A stretch of DNA of 64,000 nucleotides, from the NCBI GenBank assembly GCA_964202895.1, contig CAXNJM010000001.1, forward strand, positions 254,943 through 318,942. The letters are read 5' to 3'. A program made the position numbers and the translations under genes. Below the pieces are notes generated by a model that was given only the letters and a program-made list of their open reading frames with translations, was not told the origin of the DNA and did not search any database. Shown piece by piece: positions 53,020 to 63,647 of the stretch; the stretch's first letter is position 1, and every line of letters begins with the position of its first letter. The DNA is from Rickettsiales bacterium UBA1997. Lineage in GTDB: Bacteria; Pseudomonadota; Alphaproteobacteria; Rickettsiales; UBA1997.

Positions 53020-55366
53020 ATGCAAAACAAAACCTCCAAACCATCGGCCCCTAAACCATCAGCATTTTCTTTAATTGAGTTATCTATAGTATTGATTATC
53101 ATTGGTTTGTTAGCAGGTGGTATTGTAGTAGGAAGTAGTCTAGTTAAAAGAGCAAGAATAGAATCAGCTAAATCTCTTACTAATAGATCTCCAATTAAAG
53201 CAACAGAAGATCTAGTAATGTGGTTTGAAGGTAGTTTATTAGATAGTTTTGCTAATGGTCAATCAACTAATGGCACATCTATTAGTAGTGGGTGGAATAA
53301 TATTTGGTGGGGTTAATAATATATCATCAGCAACTGTCGATGGCACTGCTCCAATCTATGCTAATAGTATCAACAGCATTCCTGCGGTAAAGTTTGAAGG
53401 TAATAATGCTTTAAAAGTAGGAGTTGACTCAATTAACAACTCTGATTATACTATAATGATAACAGAGCAAAGAGAAAGCAATAAAGCAGATAATTATCTT
53501 TTAGGAGATCCCTCAATTACAGGAACTAATCAAAATTTATTAATTGGTTATAAAACTGATGGCACAATTGTTCATAGTCAGGGGGGAGCAACTACCAGCT
53601 ACACCTCAGCAATTAATGGCTATGCTTCTTATGCAGGTCCAAGAGTAATTATCGTTACTCACTCCGCTAGTGAAGGTAATAAAACCTATGTTAATGGTAT
53701 ATTGGCTGGTAAGCTAACTACTAATACAGCAAAAGAACCTATTGCAGATTTAGCTAATCTCTCTATAGGTAAAAATTATATTGGTCAAATTGGTGAATTA
53801 GCAGTTTTTAAAAGAGCATTATCTGATACCGAAATTACTGATATATCTGATTATATGAGTAATAAATGGCGAATTAAAGTTGATACTAAAAACACAGATT
53901 GTTCTGCTGGTATTGTTACTGATAATGGTTGCGATGCATCTTCTTGCCCAATAAGCATTGCAGGTATCTCTAAAACCTCAGTTGATGGCACTGCCTCTAC
54001 CTCTACTTTAAGTTGTGATAAAACAGGCTATACTGGTTCTATTACTTATAGCTGTATCAATAAAACCTTTGCTACTACTCCTGCCAATGCAAGCTGTTCT
54101 TGTGCTACTGGTTATACTCTTGTCTCTGGCTCTTGTATTCCCTCTTGTAATGTTCCAACTACTAACGGTATTACCACTACTCAAGTTACAGGTAATAATG
54201 GCACTCTTAACTGCACCACTACTGGCTATACTGGCTCAGTTGCTTATAGCTGTGCTTCTCAAGGGTCTAATGCCACCATTACCGGAAGTTGTAGCTGTGC
54301 TACTGGTTATAGTTTAGTAAGTGGAGCTTGTGTACCAATAAACTGCCCAGTTAGTGTTACAGGAATATCTTCTCCATCATCAGTATCTTATACCTCAACT
54401 TCTACCCCTCTTACTTGTAATGCTACTGGCTATACTGGAACTGTTAATTATACTTGCACTACAGGAACATTAACTGCAACAGGGAGCTGTTCTTGTGCTA
54501 CTGGTTATAGTTTAGTAAGTGGAGTTTGTACTCCAATTACTTGTAGTATAACTAGTGTTACGGGAATAAACAACAAAACCGGACTAGCTTATGCATCTTC
54601 TGCTACAGCCATTCCAAACAGCCCAACTTCAGCCTGTGCATCAGGATATTCTGGTTCTCCTACTTATACTTGTAATGCAACTGGAGCTGCGACAATTGTG
54701 AGTAATAGTTGTAGTGCAGCTTGTGCACCAGGTTCTCAAACTTTTAATTTTACAGGAGGACCGCAATCTTTTACAGTGCCTAATAGTTGTACTAGTATTA
54801 CTATTAACGCTTATGGTGCACAGGGAACTGCAGGAACTCAGTCATCTGGTCTAGGTGGTCGTGCTCAGGGTGTTGCTACTGTAACATCCGGACAATCACT
54901 TACTATCTATGTTGGTGGACAAGGTGGGTATAATGGCGGTGGTAGTGGTGGCAATGGAAAACATGGTGGCGGTATGTCTAGTGTTTATATCGCCGGAACC
55001 TTATCTCTTGTTGCTGGTGGTGGTGGAAATGGTCATGGATTTGCTGGATATGCTGGAGGATTTAATGGTGGAGGCGGTCAAGTATCTACTCATGGAGGAG
55101 GAGGCGCTGGTGGTGGATTAAATATTGGTGGAGCTGGTGCAACATCAAATGGTTATGGCATTTATACAGCAGGAATTGGCAGTTATATGGCAGGAGGAAA
55201 TGGTTATGCATATTATTGTCCAGAGGGTGTAGCTGGTGGTGGTGGATATTATGGTGGTGGGGGACAAGGTGGCGGTGGATCATCTTGGACGGGGTCACTT
55301 GCTAGCCCAGTATTTCAAGGCGGAGTTCGCTCAGGAAATGGACAAGTCATTATTAGTTGGCAGTAG
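53020..55366 (+). pseudogene. Type IV pilin-like (prepilin N-methylation) adhesin: LamG-like domain, Cys/Thr-rich repeats and Gly-rich C-terminal domain; +1 frameshift near 53302-53312
   Basis: ORF 53020-53316 has A|FSLIELSIVLIIIGLL and L.MWFE..W; the ORF in the +1 frame continues with LamG-like P..KF.G, YVNG and G.IGELAVF.RALS, repeated SCSCATGY.LVSG.C, and an F.FTG..Q.FTVP...GAQG Gly-rich domain. Pseudogene status is uncertain (phase variation or assembly indel possible). Confidence 0.7.
53946..54720 (+). repeat. About 3.5 tandem copies of a ~60-65 aa Cys-rich repeat in the pilin-like adhesin
   Basis: tgtgctactggttata recurs near 54101, 54296 and 54494; the last two share tgtgctactggttatagtttagtaagtggag; protein pattern C..TGYTG...Y.C...SCSCATGY.LVSG.C. 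Confidence 0.85.
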
Positions 55367-55374
55367 TTTTATTA

Positions 55375-55403
55375 AATTGAATTCATTTTATTTGAATTCA
55401 ATT
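55375..55403. terminator. Inverted repeat between the convergent adhesin and purB genes; possible bidirectional terminator
   Basis: AATTGAATTCA-ttttatt-TGAATTCAATT. Confidence 0.5.
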
Positions 55404-55408
55404 AAATA

Positions 55409-56734
55409 TTAATTGCCAAAAACTTTAGAAAATATGTAGTCAACCGCCTTTAGATGATAAGAAATATCAAAAATTTTAGCGATTTTTTCAGCATTAAAAT
55501 CAGCATTAAAATGCTTTTTAACCTCTTCATCTTCTTGTAGTAATTTACAGAAATCCGCACCGCTTTGCCACACTATCATTGCATTTTTTTGCACTATTTT
55601 ATAAGCATCTTCTCGTGAAATTTTTAAATCATCAATTAAGGTAAGTAATACTCTTTGAGAAAACACTAAGCCGTTAAGCTTTTCAAGATTCTTCTGCATT
55701 TGCTCTGGATATATCAATAAATTTTCTAACAAGCTAGTTAATCTATTAATTGCAAAATCAAGAGTAATGGTTGTGTCTGGAGCTATCATTCTCTCAACCG
55801 CAGAGTGAGAGATATCTCGCTCATGCCATAAAGCAACATTCTCAAGAGCAGGAACTACTGCAGATCTAACCATTCTTGCTAAACCGGTTAAATTCTCACT
55901 AAGAACAGGGTTTCTTTTGTGAGGCATTGCAGAACTGCCTTTTTGACCTTTGGAAAAAAATTCTTCCACCTCTAAGACTTCAGTTCTCTGTAGATGACGA
56001 ATTTCAGTTGCAACATTCTCAATTGAAGAAGCAATAACTGCAAGTGTTGCAAAGAAAAAAGCATAGCGATCTCTAGGAATAACTTGACTAGAAATAACCT
56101 CTTCTTCCAAACCTAATTTTTCAGCAACATATTTTTGAACATAAGGGTCAACATTGGCGAAGGTTCCAACCGCACCAGAAATAGCACAAACCGCTATTTC
56201 TTTTTTAGCATTTTTTAATCTAGCAAGATTGCGAGAAAATTCTGCATAAAATCTTGCTAATTTTAGGCCAAATGTCGTTGGTTCGGCATGAATTCCGTGG
56301 GAACGACCAACACAAATTGTTTCTTTATGCTCAAATGCTCTTTCTTTAATTACGGCTAACAGCTTCTCTAGACGAGAAATTAAAATATCGCTAGCCTGAC
56401 TAAGTTGCAAAGAAAGAGTGGTATCCAAAACATCAGAGCTTGTCATTCCGAGATGTATAAAACGAGAATTTTCCCCCGTTAATTCAGCAAGATGAGTTAA
56501 AAAAGCAACGACATCATGTTTAGTAACAGACTCAATTTCATCAATTCTTGCAGGATTAAACTCACCTCCGGATTTAATAAAATTTTCTCTAATCCTTTTT
56601 GCTGTATCTTCTGGTGCAATGCCAATATTTTCTAGAGCTTCTAGAGCAAATATTTCAATATCAAACCAAATTTTATATTTGTTTTCTTGCGACCAAATTT
56701 CAACCATTTCTTTGAGAGAATAACGAGGAATCAT
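55409..56734 (-). CDS. purB: Adenylosuccinate lyase
   Basis: MIPRY, T.HDV.AF, GR.HG.HAEPTT and GSSAMPHKRNP motifs. Confidence 0.98.
   Translation of the reverse strand: MIPRYSLKEMVEIWSQENKYKIWFDIEIFALEALENIGIAPEDTAKRIRENFIKSGGEFNPARIDEIESVTKHDVVAFLTHLAELTGENSRFIHLGMTSSDVLDTTLSLQLSQASDILISRLEKLLAVIKERAFEHKETICVGRSHGIHAEPTTFGLKLARFYAEFSRNLARLKNAKKEIAVCAISGAVGTFANVDPYVQKYVAEKLGLEEEVISSQVIPRDRYAFFFATLAVIASSIENVATEIRHLQRTEVLEVEEFFSKGQKGSSAMPHKRNPVLSENLTGLARMVRSAVVPALENVALWHERDISHSAVERMIAPDTTITLDFAINRLTSLLENLLIYPEQMQKNLEKLNGLVFSQRVLLTLIDDLKISREDAYKIVQKNAMIVWQSGADFCKLLQEDEEVKKHFNADFNAEKIAKIFDISYHLKAVDYIFSKVFGN
55488..55512. repeat. 12-bp in-frame tandem duplication (TCAGCATTAAAA x2) in the purB 3' end
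   Basis: tcagcattaaaa tcagcattaaaa t; encodes FNADFNAE. Confidence 0.85.
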
Positions 56735-56762
56735 ATTTTTTTAAATTAATTTTAATATTTTG

Positions 56763-58133
56763 CTATAAGATGAATTTCGACAAATCATTGTTAACATTGA
56801 TTAAATCGCCAAGATGTTGATTAACATATTTTTTATCAATATTTACTTTTATTGAATTATCTAGATTAGATGCTTCAAAGCTAACTTCTTCAAGAATTTT
56901 CTCTAATAAAGTGTGCAATCTTCTAGCCCCAATATTCTCAACTTCATTATTAACTTGAAATGCAATCTTAGCGATTTGAGCGATTCCTGAGTCGGTAAAA
57001 TTAAGAATTGCTCCGTCAACCGCTAATAATGCTTGATACTGCCTTACTAAGCTTGATTCTGGTTCTTGCAAAATTCTTGTTAAATCATTTTCGCTTAAAG
57101 GCTTTAACTGCACTCTAATGGGGAATCTTCCCTGTAATTCTGGAAGAAGATCTGCTGGTTTAGCAATATGAAAAGCTCCAGAAGCAATAAATAAAATATG
57201 ATCCGTTTTTATCATTCCGTATTTAGTGGAAACCGTTGTTCCCTCAACGAGTGGTAATAGATCTCTTTGCACCCCTTCGCGAGAAACATCCCCCCCTTTA
57301 GCATTAGATGCCCTATTGCATATTTTATCGATTTCATCAATAAATACAATTCCGTCATTTTCAACTAATTTTACTGCATCTTTAATTATTTTATCTTCAT
57401 CTATCATTTTTTCTGCTTCTTGCTCAGTCAAGATTTGCATAGCTTCTGCGATTGTAGTTTTAACTTTTTTAGTTTTTTCGCTTCCAAATGCCTTTCCTAT
57501 AATATCGCTAATATTTATCATCCCTATTTGAGCACCGGGAATATCAAAAGTTGAGGCATTATTAGATGCTTCAACAACATCAATTTCTATTTCTTTATTA
57601 TCTAGCTCTTTATTATCGAGCATTTTAGAAAATTTTTCTTTAGTTTCTAATGAAGATTCTTCGCCAATAATTTTTTTAAGAATAATTTTTTTTGCTTTTT
57701 CGCCAGCCCTAACTGCAATATTTTTCTTGTTTTCTTGTTTTAAATTTTTAACTGAAATTTCAATTAAATCTCGTATTATCGATTCAATATCTCTACCAAC
57801 ATAACCAACTTCAGTAAATTTTGTTGCTTCAACTTTTATGAATGGAGCATTAGCAAGCTTAGCGAGCCTTCTTGCGATTTCAGTTTTACCAACACCAGTT
57901 GGCCCAACCATTAAAATATTTTTTGGCAATATTTCTTCTGCCAAAGGTGAAGCAACAAGCTTTCTGCGATAACGATTTCTCAATGCTATTGCCACCATCT
58001 TTTTTGCATCATTTTGACCTATAATATAACGATCTAATTCATTAACTATCTCCTTGGGCGAAAGACTAAATGCTAAACTTAGATTTTTATTAACTTCCGA
58101 GTTTTCTATCAAATTATTTTGTTTCTTTTTCAT
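56763..58133 (-). CDS. hslU: ATP-dependent protease ATPase subunit HslU
   Basis: [31 protein letters not shown] and ENIGARRL; start at 58133 or 58148. Confidence 0.97.
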   Translation of the reverse strand: MKKKQNNLIENSEVNKNLSLAFSLSPKEIVNELDRYIIGQNDAKKMVAIALRNRYRRKLVASPLAEEILPKNILMVGPTGVGKTEIARRLAKLANAPFIKVEATKFTEVGYVGRDIESIIRDLIEISVKNLKQENKKNIAVRAGEKAKKIILKKIIGEESSLETKEKFSKMLDNKELDNKEIEIDVVEASNNASTFDIPGAQIGMINISDIIGKAFGSEKTKKVKTTIAEAMQILTEQEAEKMIDEDKIIKDAVKLVENDGIVFIDEIDKICNRASNAKGGDVSREGVQRDLLPLVEGTTVSTKYGMIKTDHILFIASGAFHIAKPADLLPELQGRFPIRVQLKPLSENDLTRILQEPESSLVRQYQALLAVDGAILNFTDSGIAQIAKIAFQVNNEVENIGARRLHTLLEKILEEVSFEASNLDNSIKVNIDKKYVNQHLGDLINVNNDLSKFIL

Positions 58134-58251
58134 TTTTATTTTTACCATTTTTTACTTGATTAATATCGCCATTAAAAGTTGAAAAATTAAGCATCATTAC
58201 CAATATCAGAATTATTATAGTGGTAATTATTATAATTGCGATTGCCTTCAT
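58114..58251 (-). CDS. Small (45 aa) single-pass membrane protein, absent from the ORF track
   Basis: ATG at 58251, TAA at 58114-58116: [45 protein letters not shown]; fills the engB-hslU gap on the same strand. Confidence 0.55.
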   Translation of the reverse strand: MKAIAIIIITTIIILILVMMLNFSTFNGDINQVKNGKNKNEKETK

Positions 58252-58264
58252 TTTTGCTTTGCTT

Positions 58265-58894
58265 TTAAAATGTTAAAATTTCAATAATAGCACTCTGCAA
58301 TTCTGATATACCATCACCCCTAAGGGCACTAGTTTTAAGAATTTTTGGATATAAAGAGGCAAAATTTGCAACCTGTTTATTGATTTTTGCTTCAGAAATA
58401 GCAAGCTCTTCTCTTGTCGCTTTGTCAATCTTTGTTAAGATAATTTGGAATGAAGCTCCAACCGCACTCAAACTATTGAATAATTCGAAATCGCTTTCTT
58501 TCAAGCCCCTAATTGGGTCAACTAACACAAAAACTCTTTTTAAATTTATGCGGTTCGTTAAATATTCGATTGCAACTTTTTGCCAATGGCTAATTGATTT
58601 CTTGCTAGCTTTGGCATAACCATAACCGGGCATATCAACGATTATTAACTGATTTGGATCTTCTGAATCAATTGAAAAAAAGTTTAATTGCTGAGTTCTA
58701 CCCGGTGTAGATGAAGTCACGGCAATTTTTTGCCCCACCAACCTATTTATAATTGTTGATTTTCCTGCATTAGAAGCCCCTATAAAAGCAACTTCAGGGT
58801 TTCTTTTTGGAGGAATTTGATTAATATTTCCAACTCCAGCAAAGAAATTCCATTTTTTTTCAAAAATATTTTTAGTAATTGCCATAATTTTCAA
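58265..58894 (-). CDS. engB: Ribosome biogenesis GTPase YihA/EngB
   Basis: EVAF.G.SN.GKS, S.TPGRT, D.PGYGYA and TK.DK motifs. Confidence 0.95.
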   Translation of the reverse strand: MKIMAITKNIFEKKWNFFAGVGNINQIPPKRNPEVAFIGASNAGKSTIINRLVGQKIAVTSSTPGRTQQLNFFSIDSEDPNQLIIVDMPGYGYAKASKKSISHWQKVAIEYLTNRINLKRVFVLVDPIRGLKESDFELFNSLSAVGASFQIILTKIDKATREELAISEAKINKQVANFASLYPKILKTSALRGDGISELQSAIIEILTF

Positions 58895-59822
58895 TATATT
58901 TTATTATTAAATCTGCTATATCAACACCCGTAGCATCTTCTATTCCCTCTAAGCCGGGAGAAGAGTTAATTTCGATTATCTTACTTCCCTCGCTAGAACG
59001 AACCATATCAACACCAGCAATCTCAAGACCTATAACTTTAGCAACAGCAATTGCTAACTCCTCTTCTTGTTTTGAAATTTCTACCGCCTTTGCCTTTGCC
59101 CCTAAATGAATATTTGCTCTAAATTCTCCCTCCTCTGCTTCTCTCTCCATAGAAGCAACCACTTTATCTCCTATCACAAAACATCTGAGATCTTTGCCAC
59201 GATATAGCTTTGAAGGCTCTTTCAATGTATCTTTAATATAATTTTGCACTAAAATATCAGCATCCACACTACGAAAAGCATTGATAATGCTTAATGCCGT
59301 TTTATCGGTTTCTGCAAGCATAACACCAACACCTTTGGTTCCTTGTAATAATTTTATAATTAATGGCGATTTATTTACTATTTCAATTAAATGCTTAGTA
59401 TCATAAGAAGAATTAGCAAATGCAGTAGTTGGAATTGGCAAATGGTTTTCTGCCAATATTTGCATTGTGTGTAGTTTGTCTCTTGATTTTAAGATTGCTT
59501 GGGAGCCATTAAAGCATTTAATTTTCATTGCTTCAAATTGCCTAATGATTGCTACCCCATAAGAAGTCATTGCAGGTTTGATTCTTGGAATTATGCAATT
59601 AAAATTTGGCACTTCTTTGCCTTTATCATAAAAAATTTGCAGATCGTGCGGAGAAATTTTTAAATAACATTTGCCGACATTTAAAAATTCAATTAAATGA
59701 CCTTTTTTTAAAGCAGATTCAATGATTCTTTGATTGGAATAAAGCTTTGGGTTAGAAGCAAGTAAAGCAATTCTCAAAGCAGATTTTTCAGCTATGTTTG
59801 ATATTTTTATTGACGAATTCAT
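58872..59822 (-). CDS. rimK: RimK family alpha-L-glutamate ligase
   Basis: IPRI, SRDKL...Q.L, G..G.GV, D.RCFV.G, FRAN.H.G and E.NSSPGLEGIE motifs. Confidence 0.93.
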   Translation of the reverse strand: MNSSIKISNIAEKSALRIALLASNPKLYSNQRIIESALKKGHLIEFLNVGKCYLKISPHDLQIFYDKGKEVPNFNCIIPRIKPAMTSYGVAIIRQFEAMKIKCFNGSQAILKSRDKLHTMQILAENHLPIPTTAFANSSYDTKHLIEIVNKSPLIIKLLQGTKGVGVMLAETDKTALSIINAFRSVDADILVQNYIKDTLKEPSKLYRGKDLRCFVIGDKVVASMEREAEEGEFRANIHLGAKAKAVEISKQEEELAIAVAKVIGLEIAGVDMVRSSEGSKIIEINSSPGLEGIEDATGVDIADLIIKYIENYGNY

Positions 59823-59929
59823 GAAGTAGATTTTTGGCTAATTTATTTTATAAATATTTTTGTAAAAACAACAATTATAAGGCTAAAATGAAGAGATTTA
59901 ACAATCGAGAATATCTAAAAGCAAGTAAT

Positions 59930-60694
59930 TTATTTAAAAATAAAGCCATTATCAATAAAAATTTTTTTTGCTACATCGCTTTTTAAAAATTTTAAAAACC
60001 CTCTTGCGATTTGCATATTTTCACCAGCTATAGCAAGAGCTTGATAATTAACTTCAAAATCACTAGTTGCAACAATTTTAAGATTTTTTTTATTAATAGC
60101 CTGACTAAAAAGCATAACCCCATATTGCTCTTTATTTTTGCGAATTAAATTAGCCATAGAATCTCTATCTTCATTAATTTTAACAATAATTTGTAAATCG
60201 CTCAAGTTTAAATTTTTAATTATTTCGTCAATTAAAACCCCAGAAGCATTGCCACCATTATCGATAACTAATGTTGATTTATTTGTATCTAAAAATTTTA
60301 AAGCACTATTAAAATCTAAAGATTTGTTAAAATCTTTCAAGTTAGGATTATCTATCGAAGTAGCAATTACTAAACGATCGGATGCAATATTGCTATTATT
60401 ATAAAAATCTATCAAGCCCTTTTGCTTTAAAGAATCAACAATAGTGTGATGAGCGGAAATAAAGACATCTGCGGGCTCGCCTTCTTCAATATTACTTACC
60501 AATTGAGCTGAAGAGCCAAAATTTATGGCTGTAGCAATGTTATTTTTTTGCGAATATAATCTAGCAATTTTTGTTAAACTAAATATCATTGACTGCTCTG
60601 CTAAAATCGTTAAATTACGAGTTTGATTAGCAAAAACCTTGCTACTACCGCACATTAAGGCAAATAAAAAGACAAAAACTTTTAATAATTTCAT
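59930..60694 (-). CDS. modA: ModA-like molybdate/oxyanion ABC substrate-binding protein (divergent)
   Basis: Signal peptide; FGSS.QL...IE.G.PADVFISA; C-terminal A..FL.FL.S..A..IF...GF. Confidence 0.7.
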   Translation of the reverse strand: MKLLKVFVFLFALMCGSSKVFANQTRNLTILAEQSMIFSLTKIARLYSQKNNIATAINFGSSAQLVSNIEEGEPADVFISAHHTIVDSLKQKGLIDFYNNSNIASDRLVIATSIDNPNLKDFNKSLDFNSALKFLDTNKSTLVIDNGGNASGVLIDEIIKNLNLSDLQIIVKINEDRDSMANLIRKNKEQYGVMLFSQAINKKNLKIVATSDFEVNYQALAIAGENMQIARGFLKFLKSDVAKKIFIDNGFIFK

Positions 60695-60924
60695 TAATTT
60701 TGATTATTTTGATAATTTAATAAAAGTGGCATTTTTAACATAGATTTATTTATGAAATAAATTCTAGCTTTAATAAAAATTTGTGAATTATTGCTATAAA
60801 CACGAGTCAAAATTATTTACAAAATTTAATTGTTTTTTTAAAAACAAACTCTATTTTCAATGCTCTAATTTTATTTTCCATTTTTTAAAAATGCAAAATC
60901 TTTATTAAAAAATAACAAAAAGAG

Positions 60925-61470
60925 ATGAATAATAACAACAATAATTCAACAGAAAACTCTCCAATTAACAATAATCGCAGAAAATTCATCACTTCAACCG
61001 CTTATACAACCGCTGGAATCGGTCTTGCTTGTGCAGTTTTGCCTTTTGTCGATAGTATGAACCCTTCTAGCGATGTTCAAGCTCTTGCCTCAATTGAAGT
61101 CGATATCAGCAATATCAAAGAAGGTGAAGAAAAAAAAATTATGTGGCGAGGTAAGCCAATATTCATCAAACACCGCACCGCAGAAGAAATATCATCAGCA
61201 CAAAATGTTAGTTTATCCGAATTAAAAGACCCCGAAGAAGATTCAAAAAGAATAAAACTTGGCAAAGAAAAATGGCTTATCACCATCGGAATCTGCACTC
61301 ACTTGGGCTGTGTTCCAATTGGCGGTCAGGGAGATTACAAAGGCTGGTTTTGCCCTTGTCACGGCTCACAATACGACACCTCTGGCAGAATCAGAAAAGG
61401 CCCAGCCCCTAAAAACCTTGAGGTCCCACCGTATGAATTTATCAGCGAAAATCTTATCAAAATCGGCTAA
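60925..61470 (+). CDS. petA: Ubiquinol-cytochrome c reductase Rieske Fe-S subunit
   Basis: Tat-like RR.F, CTHLGC, CPCHGS.Y and GPAP.NL motifs. Confidence 0.98.
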   Translation: MNNNNNNSTENSPINNNRRKFITSTAYTTAGIGLACAVLPFVDSMNPSSDVQALASIEVDISNIKEGEEKKIMWRGKPIFIKHRTAEEISSAQNVSLSELKDPEEDSKRIKLGKEKWLITIGICTHLGCVPIGGQGDYKGWFCPCHGSQYDTSGRIRKGPAPKNLEVPPYEFISENLIKIG

Positions 61471-61503
61471 ATCACTAAAATCGCAAAAATAAAAAACAAA
61501 ATT

Positions 61504-62769
61504 ATGAATAACAACAAAAATCATATTGAGAACGATCTTCCAAAATCAATTACTGAAAGCTCAAAAGTCGCAAAATGGATCGATGACAGGCTCCCATTAA
61601 TTTCAGCCCTTGAAAGCACTCTGTTAAAACACCCATACCCTAAAAATCTTAGCTATATGTGGAACCTCGGCTCAATTGCCGGAATCGCCCTTGTCGTACA
61701 AATAATTAGCGGGCTATTCTTAGCAATGCATTATGTTCCTAACACCGCAATGGCATTTGATTCAGTTGAACACATTATGCGGGATGTTCGCTACGGTTGG
61801 CTTATTCGCTACATTCATGCCGTTGGAGCCTCAATGTTTTTCGTTACCGTTTACACCCATATCTCTAGAGGGCTCTATTATGGCTCTTACAAGGCACCTA
61901 GAGAAATTCTCTGGTGGATAGGCATCATCATTTTCTTACTAATGATGGCAACTGCCTTTATGGGTTATGTTCTGCCTTGGGGGCAAATGAGTTTTTGGGG
62001 AGCAACCGTTATCACCAACCTATTTTCAGCAATACCAGTGGTTGGCAAAGCGATAGTTACATGGCTATGGGGTGGATATTCAGTCGACAACCCTACTCTT
62101 AACCGTTTTTTTGCTCTGCATTTTTTAATGCCCTTTCTTATTGTTGCTGTAGTAATGCTACACCTAACTGCACTAAATAAATCTGGCTCCAATAACCCAT
62201 CAGGGGTTGAAATTAAAAGCAAAAAAGACATCATCCCTTTTCACCCCTATTTTACAATCAAAGATATGGTTGGATTCGTATTCTTCTTTATCATTTTTGG
62301 CTATTTTCTGTTTTTTTATCCAAACTCACTAGGGCACCCAGATAATTATATTCCCGCTAACCCTTTAGTAACACCAGCTCACATTGTTCCAGAATGGTAT
62401 TTCCTGCCATTTTATGCAATTTTAAGGGCAATACCCGATAAATTAGGCGGTGTTCTTATGATGTTTGGGGCAATCGCAATTCTCTTTGCTCTACCTTGGC
62501 TAGATAAAAGCAAAGTAAAATCAGGTGCTTATCGCCCTATTTTCCAAAAATTTTACTGGCTCTTTATTCTTAACTTTGCTTTTCTCGGCTGGCTAGGGAA
62601 AGCACCTGCCGAAGGCTGGTATGTCTGGGCTTCTCGCCTTTCAACCCTTTATTATTATGCATATTTTTTAATAATCCTACCTAATTTACCAAAATTTGAA
62701 AAAACTCTACCTCTACCAGAATCAATTGATGAGCATTACCAAAAGCATCATAAAAATGAAAATCATTAA
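61504..62769 (+). CDS. petB: Cytochrome b
   Basis: [28 protein letters not shown] and [10 protein letters not shown] motifs. Confidence 0.99.
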   Translation: MNNNKNHIENDLPKSITESSKVAKWIDDRLPLISALESTLLKHPYPKNLSYMWNLGSIAGIALVVQIISGLFLAMHYVPNTAMAFDSVEHIMRDVRYGWLIRYIHAVGASMFFVTVYTHISRGLYYGSYKAPREILWWIGIIIFLLMMATAFMGYVLPWGQMSFWGATVITNLFSAIPVVGKAIVTWLWGGYSVDNPTLNRFFALHFLMPFLIVAVVMLHLTALNKSGSNNPSGVEIKSKKDIIPFHPYFTIKDMVGFVFFFIIFGYFLFFYPNSLGHPDNYIPANPLVTPAHIVPEWYFLPFYAILRAIPDKLGGVLMMFGAIAILFALPWLDKSKVKSGAYRPIFQKFYWLFILNFAFLGWLGKAPAEGWYVWASRLSTLYYYAYFLIILPNLPKFEKTLPLPESIDEHYQKHHKNENH

Positions 62770-62798
62770 TAATAAATCATAAATTACTATTTACTAAA

Positions 62799-63614
62799 AT
62801 GAAAAATTCATTAACAAATTCAATATTTGCAATATTCACCAACTTTATTATCATTAATTTTCTATTTTGCAATTTTGTTTCTGCAAACACAGAAAACCAT
62901 AATCCAGAAATAATTTCCACTAATGCCCTACATCCAAAACAACTAAAATGGAGCTTTGACGGCATTTTTGGCACTATCGACAGGCAATCTGCTCAAAGAG
63001 GCTTTCAAATCTATAAAGAGGTTTGTTCTTCTTGCCATGGTCTAAAATTAGCATCTTACCGCAATCTTGCAGAAATTGGCTTCACAGAAGCAGAAATTAA
63101 ACAGATTGCTAGCGAATATCAAATTACCGACGGCCCAAACGAAGATGGCGATATGTTTGAAAGACCGGCCCTTCCTTCCGACAAATTTGCTTTACCCTAC
63201 CCTAACGAAAATTCGGCTAGGTCTGCTAACGGAGGGGCATTACCGCCAGATCTCTCTCTAATAGTTAAGGCTCGTCACGATGGAGCAAACTATATCTACT
63301 CAATTCTTACTAGCTACGAAGATGCTCCCGACAACTTCCCCCTAACTCAAGGCAAATATTATAACTCTTATTTTGAAGGTAGGCAAATCTCGATGCCAGC
63401 CCCAATAAACGATGACAACCAAATTGAATATAAAGATTTAACATTTGCCAGTAAAGAGCAAATGGTAGTTGATATTGTCAATTTCTTGCAATTTATCTCC
63501 GAGCCAGAAATGGAGCATCGCAAAAAAATGGGAATTAGAACAATGATATTCTTATCAATTCTTTTTGTCCTTATGTTAATTGCTAAAAAAATTGTCTGGA
63601 AGCAAGTAAAATAA
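62799..63614 (+). CDS. petC: Cytochrome c1
   Basis: RGFQIYKEVCSSCH (CxxCH), PPDLS, I.MP and a C-terminal TM. Confidence 0.97.
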   Translation: MKNSLTNSIFAIFTNFIIINFLFCNFVSANTENHNPEIISTNALHPKQLKWSFDGIFGTIDRQSAQRGFQIYKEVCSSCHGLKLASYRNLAEIGFTEAEIKQIASEYQITDGPNEDGDMFERPALPSDKFALPYPNENSARSANGGALPPDLSLIVKARHDGANYIYSILTSYEDAPDNFPLTQGKYYNSYFEGRQISMPAPINDDNQIEYKDLTFASKEQMVVDIVNFLQFISEPEMEHRKKMGIRTMIFLSILFVLMLIAKKIVWKQVK

Positions 63615-63647
63615 GCAATCGCAAATAATTAAAATCAATAAAATAAT

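Noticed and set aside
53249-53302. Independent start for the 705-aa ORF
   Set aside because: TTG start with an implausible N-terminus overlapping the pilin ORF; better explained as the frameshifted continuation.
53946-54720. Adhesin repeats as a CRISPR array or DGR template/variable pair
   Set aside because: The repeats are in-frame protein repeats with homologous intervening sequence; no adenine-specific differences were evident, and there is no RT or cas gene in the window.
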